From Asterias rubens (Eukaryota), in contig NC_047071.1 of assembly GCF_902459465.1 (NCBI RefSeq), positions 992,001-1,056,000 on the forward strand: DNA of 64,000 bases, in the 5' to 3' direction. Under the pieces are notes generated by a model that was not told the origin of the DNA, did no database searches, and saw only the letters and a program-made list of their open reading frames with translations. A program made the position numbers and the translations under genes. Positions 61,233 to 64,000 of the stretch are shown one piece after another. The stretch's first letter is position 1, and each line of letters begins with the position of its first letter.

Positions 61233-61887
61233 CAACTGCCGAAAGTTGAATGGCTGGAACAAGAAGAGCCAAGGTTCATCTGATTAAAATTGTTTTAGAG
61301 CGAATGAAATGCCGATACAACTTCTTCTAAAATTAAAACCGTCCTAAATGTCGATTGATATTATTTGACGCATATTAAAAGAACGTGCAAAAAACGCAAC
61401 GGTATCCAACTGCTAGCTCTGTCGAAAAGCTTACCCTCTGGAAGGAGAAGGGCCAATATTCATTTGATTCAATTGTTTTTAGAGCGATTGGAATATCGAC
61501 CAAACCACTTAACAAAATTAAAACCGTCCCAAAGACATCGTTGATTATTATATTGTATCTCTTTAAATTAAGTGGACAGAAAAATGAATTACGTTTTTAT
61601 AAATATATATATTGCCTTCGAAGTGAGTGCTTTGGTGACTGAAACGAGTTCGATGTGAAATTAATGTGATTGGAAATATTTCCTATAGAGAAAACGAGTC
61701 ACATAAATATCCATTGAAAGTGTGTGTTTTTGTGTAACTTCATGTCAGAGCACTGTTCGCTATTTTGTAGCACTAAATTATTGACTCCACAAAACCGCAA
61801 ACCTTATGTTCAGCCCAGTTTCCCAGAGGCAAATTGATGTTTTTTAATCACCACAGGACACCACATCAGACTGTGTTTGAATGACCT

Positions 61888-62038
61888 GCCGTCAATTTCA
61901 CAAAACTCTTCCTAACTTAAGACTAATCGTAGGACTTAGGACGAGTCCCAACCCTGCACTGTAGCATGCAGACCTAAAGATTAATCCTAAGTTAGGAAGA
62001 GTTACTCGTCCTAACTCACTCTTTGTGAAATCGACGGC
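61888..62038. mobile_element. Harbinger-like MITE family D
   Basis: gccgtcaatttcacaaaactc ... ctttgtgaaatcgacggc; interior is the reverse complement of 27387 and 38605 copies. Confidence 0.85.
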
Positions 62039-62041
62039 TGT

Positions 62042-62218
62042 GCCCAGCTTCATAGAGCTGCTTTACGCCGAAATTACTGCTTAACAATTTGTTGGTTAGC
62101 AGAAATGAGCAAGATACTAGTCACACATTGTACAAGTGACATGGTAGCTTGGCTGGTAAACTTATTCTGGTAGCATATTTTTCTTGTGCTTAGCTAGTTT
62201 TTGTGTGAAATGTGGCCC
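62042..62218. mobile_element. MITE family G abutting family D
   Basis: gcccagcttcatagagctgc ... gtgaaatgtggccc|ag. Confidence 0.7.
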
Positions 62219-62718
62219 AGGCCTTATGATGGGTTAATTTGTTAGATATTTAAATAAAATATGCCCCTTTAAGGTCCCTTAGCGCATGCCTGTCTTCCCT
62301 TTAAAGGTCATGGTTCAAAGTTGATCACGTCAGCTATAAATGATGACATTTCACAAGGGTTCACATCCCATCACATACTTTGATTTAGCATTAATTTCCT
62401 TCGTTGACTACAACATTCCTCTCGTTTCAATATGTCAACCAAACTTCAGCAAGTGGCGCATTAAAATGCTGACTCGCTGTCTGCGACTGTGTCAAACATG
62501 TGAAATATTCATCTAGTGCTAATCCAGTACCTGGTTAACCCATCCGTCAAATGCAATCGTGTTCCCTTGCTCGACCCCAGAGAAAGGCTTGCTAGGCAAT
62601 GACTATTCAATGACTAGGATTATTTGGTTATTATTGGAAAGAAAAACCCTCCTTCCCTGCGAAGTGTTGTCTTTGATGTTCACCGCGGGCGCTAGATTAG
62701 GGTGCTGTCCCAGATCTG

Positions 62719-62909
62719 GGCCCATTTTCGTAGAGCTGCTCAAGCACAAACAAGTAAAACACAAAGCAATTTTGCTCACCAGAATAAGGTTACCAGCCAA
62801 AATGTCCAATTTACGTAATGCATTTTGTGACTGGTTTCCTGCTGAATTTTGCTTAGCATCTTTGTTTTAGCTCCATGATCTGTTTAAGCAGCTCAATAAA
62901 ACTGTAGGC
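62719..62909. mobile_element. MITE family G
   Basis: ctg|ggcccattttcgtagagctgctcaagca ... tttaagcagctcaataaaact. Confidence 0.7.
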
Positions 62910-63644
62910 ACCGCCCAGACAAGCACAACACAACTGGCAAACCTGCCTAAGTCATCACTGGAACTGTTTGTGACCACGGATCCCCGCTTATTTTCTCATA
63001 GCAAAATGTTTGTTTAGCAACCATTAGACCTTAGTTCTGATGATGTCACAGTTTGTTTACCACTTTTTTGGAACAATGGTAAACCATTGTGTCTCTGCAC
63101 AACTGTTTGAAATGCAATGCCCAGTTTCAACACCTAAACTGTCCGATGACGTCATAGTACGGGGTATTATTGCCGGTTTTGTAGCTCTGTTGAATTTGGC
63201 CTTGTTTTCACCTTTTTGTCGTAAAATTTTAAGGAGGGACACAGCCACTATTGTACAAAGAAGTTGTGACAAAGTAGGTTCGTTTACACTGCCGTCAATA
63301 TGAAAAGAAAAGCAAAAAACAACTTTAAACCAAGAGTACAGGATTTCAAATGCACACGTCTCATATCACAGCCGTGTACGTAAACTGTACGTGTATTTGG
63401 TGCCACAATGATGCGATATTCAAGAATATGCAATGCAGGTTTCGCTTGGCATCCTTTTTTGAAGGTTTTAGGGCCTGCTAACAATGAATCAAAACGCACA
63501 ATCACAATCACAACTAGAAAGCACGGTAGCTGTATTTGAGCAAATACGGGTATCTCTGCCCGGCGGGGGGTGGAGCATAATATTCTGCATGGTTTATGTT
63601 GCACTTGGAGAAATGAAAATTGTGTGTGTTTTGGGGGTGATACA

Positions 63645-63900
63645 GAACAATATTCGCATACGTTACTCGCGAATACGAAATCCGACCATACGCAAGCGCA
63701 TACGTAAGCATGCGCACATATTCCCAAATATTTTCACGACATACATGTACGTATGCCGACAAGTTTACAGTTATGCGATGTGCTTTTGGGCCACCGTACC
63801 TTTTTGATTGCATACGTTTGCGATGTCACAAATTTATTCGCAAATGTTTGCGCATACGTATGCGGTGTCAAGAAATTATTCGCGAATAAGTATGATGTCG
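63645..63900. repeat. Motif-dense low-complexity block (cgcatacg, attcgc, tttgcg), probably a transposon subterminal region
   Basis: Repeated short motifs in both orientations; overlapping ORFs on both strands are a side effect. Confidence 0.5.
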
Positions 63901-64000
63901 CGATCAGACTGGATGCTAAAAATCCACAGATATATATTAGAAATTTTAATTAAACATATGCGACAAAGTATAATAAAATTTTCGACAACTCAAACATATT

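Larger units (their letters stand above)
43066..64000 (+). other. First coding intron of the SK gene (extends beyond window)
   Basis: GT donor at 43066. I found no downstream exon encoding the expected S2 segment (ALKCLIS...YH-type) by eye, so the intron is probably >20 kb. Confidence 0.65.

Noticed and set aside
63284-63953. Stack of overlapping 99-147 aa ORFs
   Set aside because: Low-complexity motif block depleted of stops; no recognisable domain.

Overview
AT-rich animal genomic DNA. The repeat families look like sea-star (Asterias-type) repeats to me, but that is recognition from memory, not a search result. I can identify only one protein-coding segment: the first coding exon (42226-43065, +) of a small-conductance Ca2+-activated K+ channel gene (SK/KCNN). 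It encodes a long low-complexity N-terminus plus the S1 helix and ends at the conserved phase-0 donor after 'YSK'. I could not find exon 2 in the remaining ~21 kb. The 42 kb upstream holds several candidate promoters and non-coding first exons. The rest is a dense, nested repeat landscape: at least four TTAA-flanked Kolobok-like MITE families (one with ~20 loci), Harbinger-like, hAT-like and CACTA-like MITEs, tRNA-derived SINEs, decayed L2/CR1 LINE pieces, Penelope-like fragments, and local tandem repeats and palindromes. Nearly all ORFs in the supplied track are spurious. I see no novel protein-coding system. The strongest leads are RNA or retro-element level: (1) a TSD-flanked, 5'-inverted insertion of a 258-bp tandem unit with an internal tRNA-like module; (2) a variant minimal hammerhead ribozyme in a Penelope-like fragment; (3) inverted young MITEs bracketing the SK exon, which could drive circularisation; (4) a uORF-packed SK leader fed by several candidate promoters. 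Superfamily names for MITEs are inferred from termini and target-site rules only.
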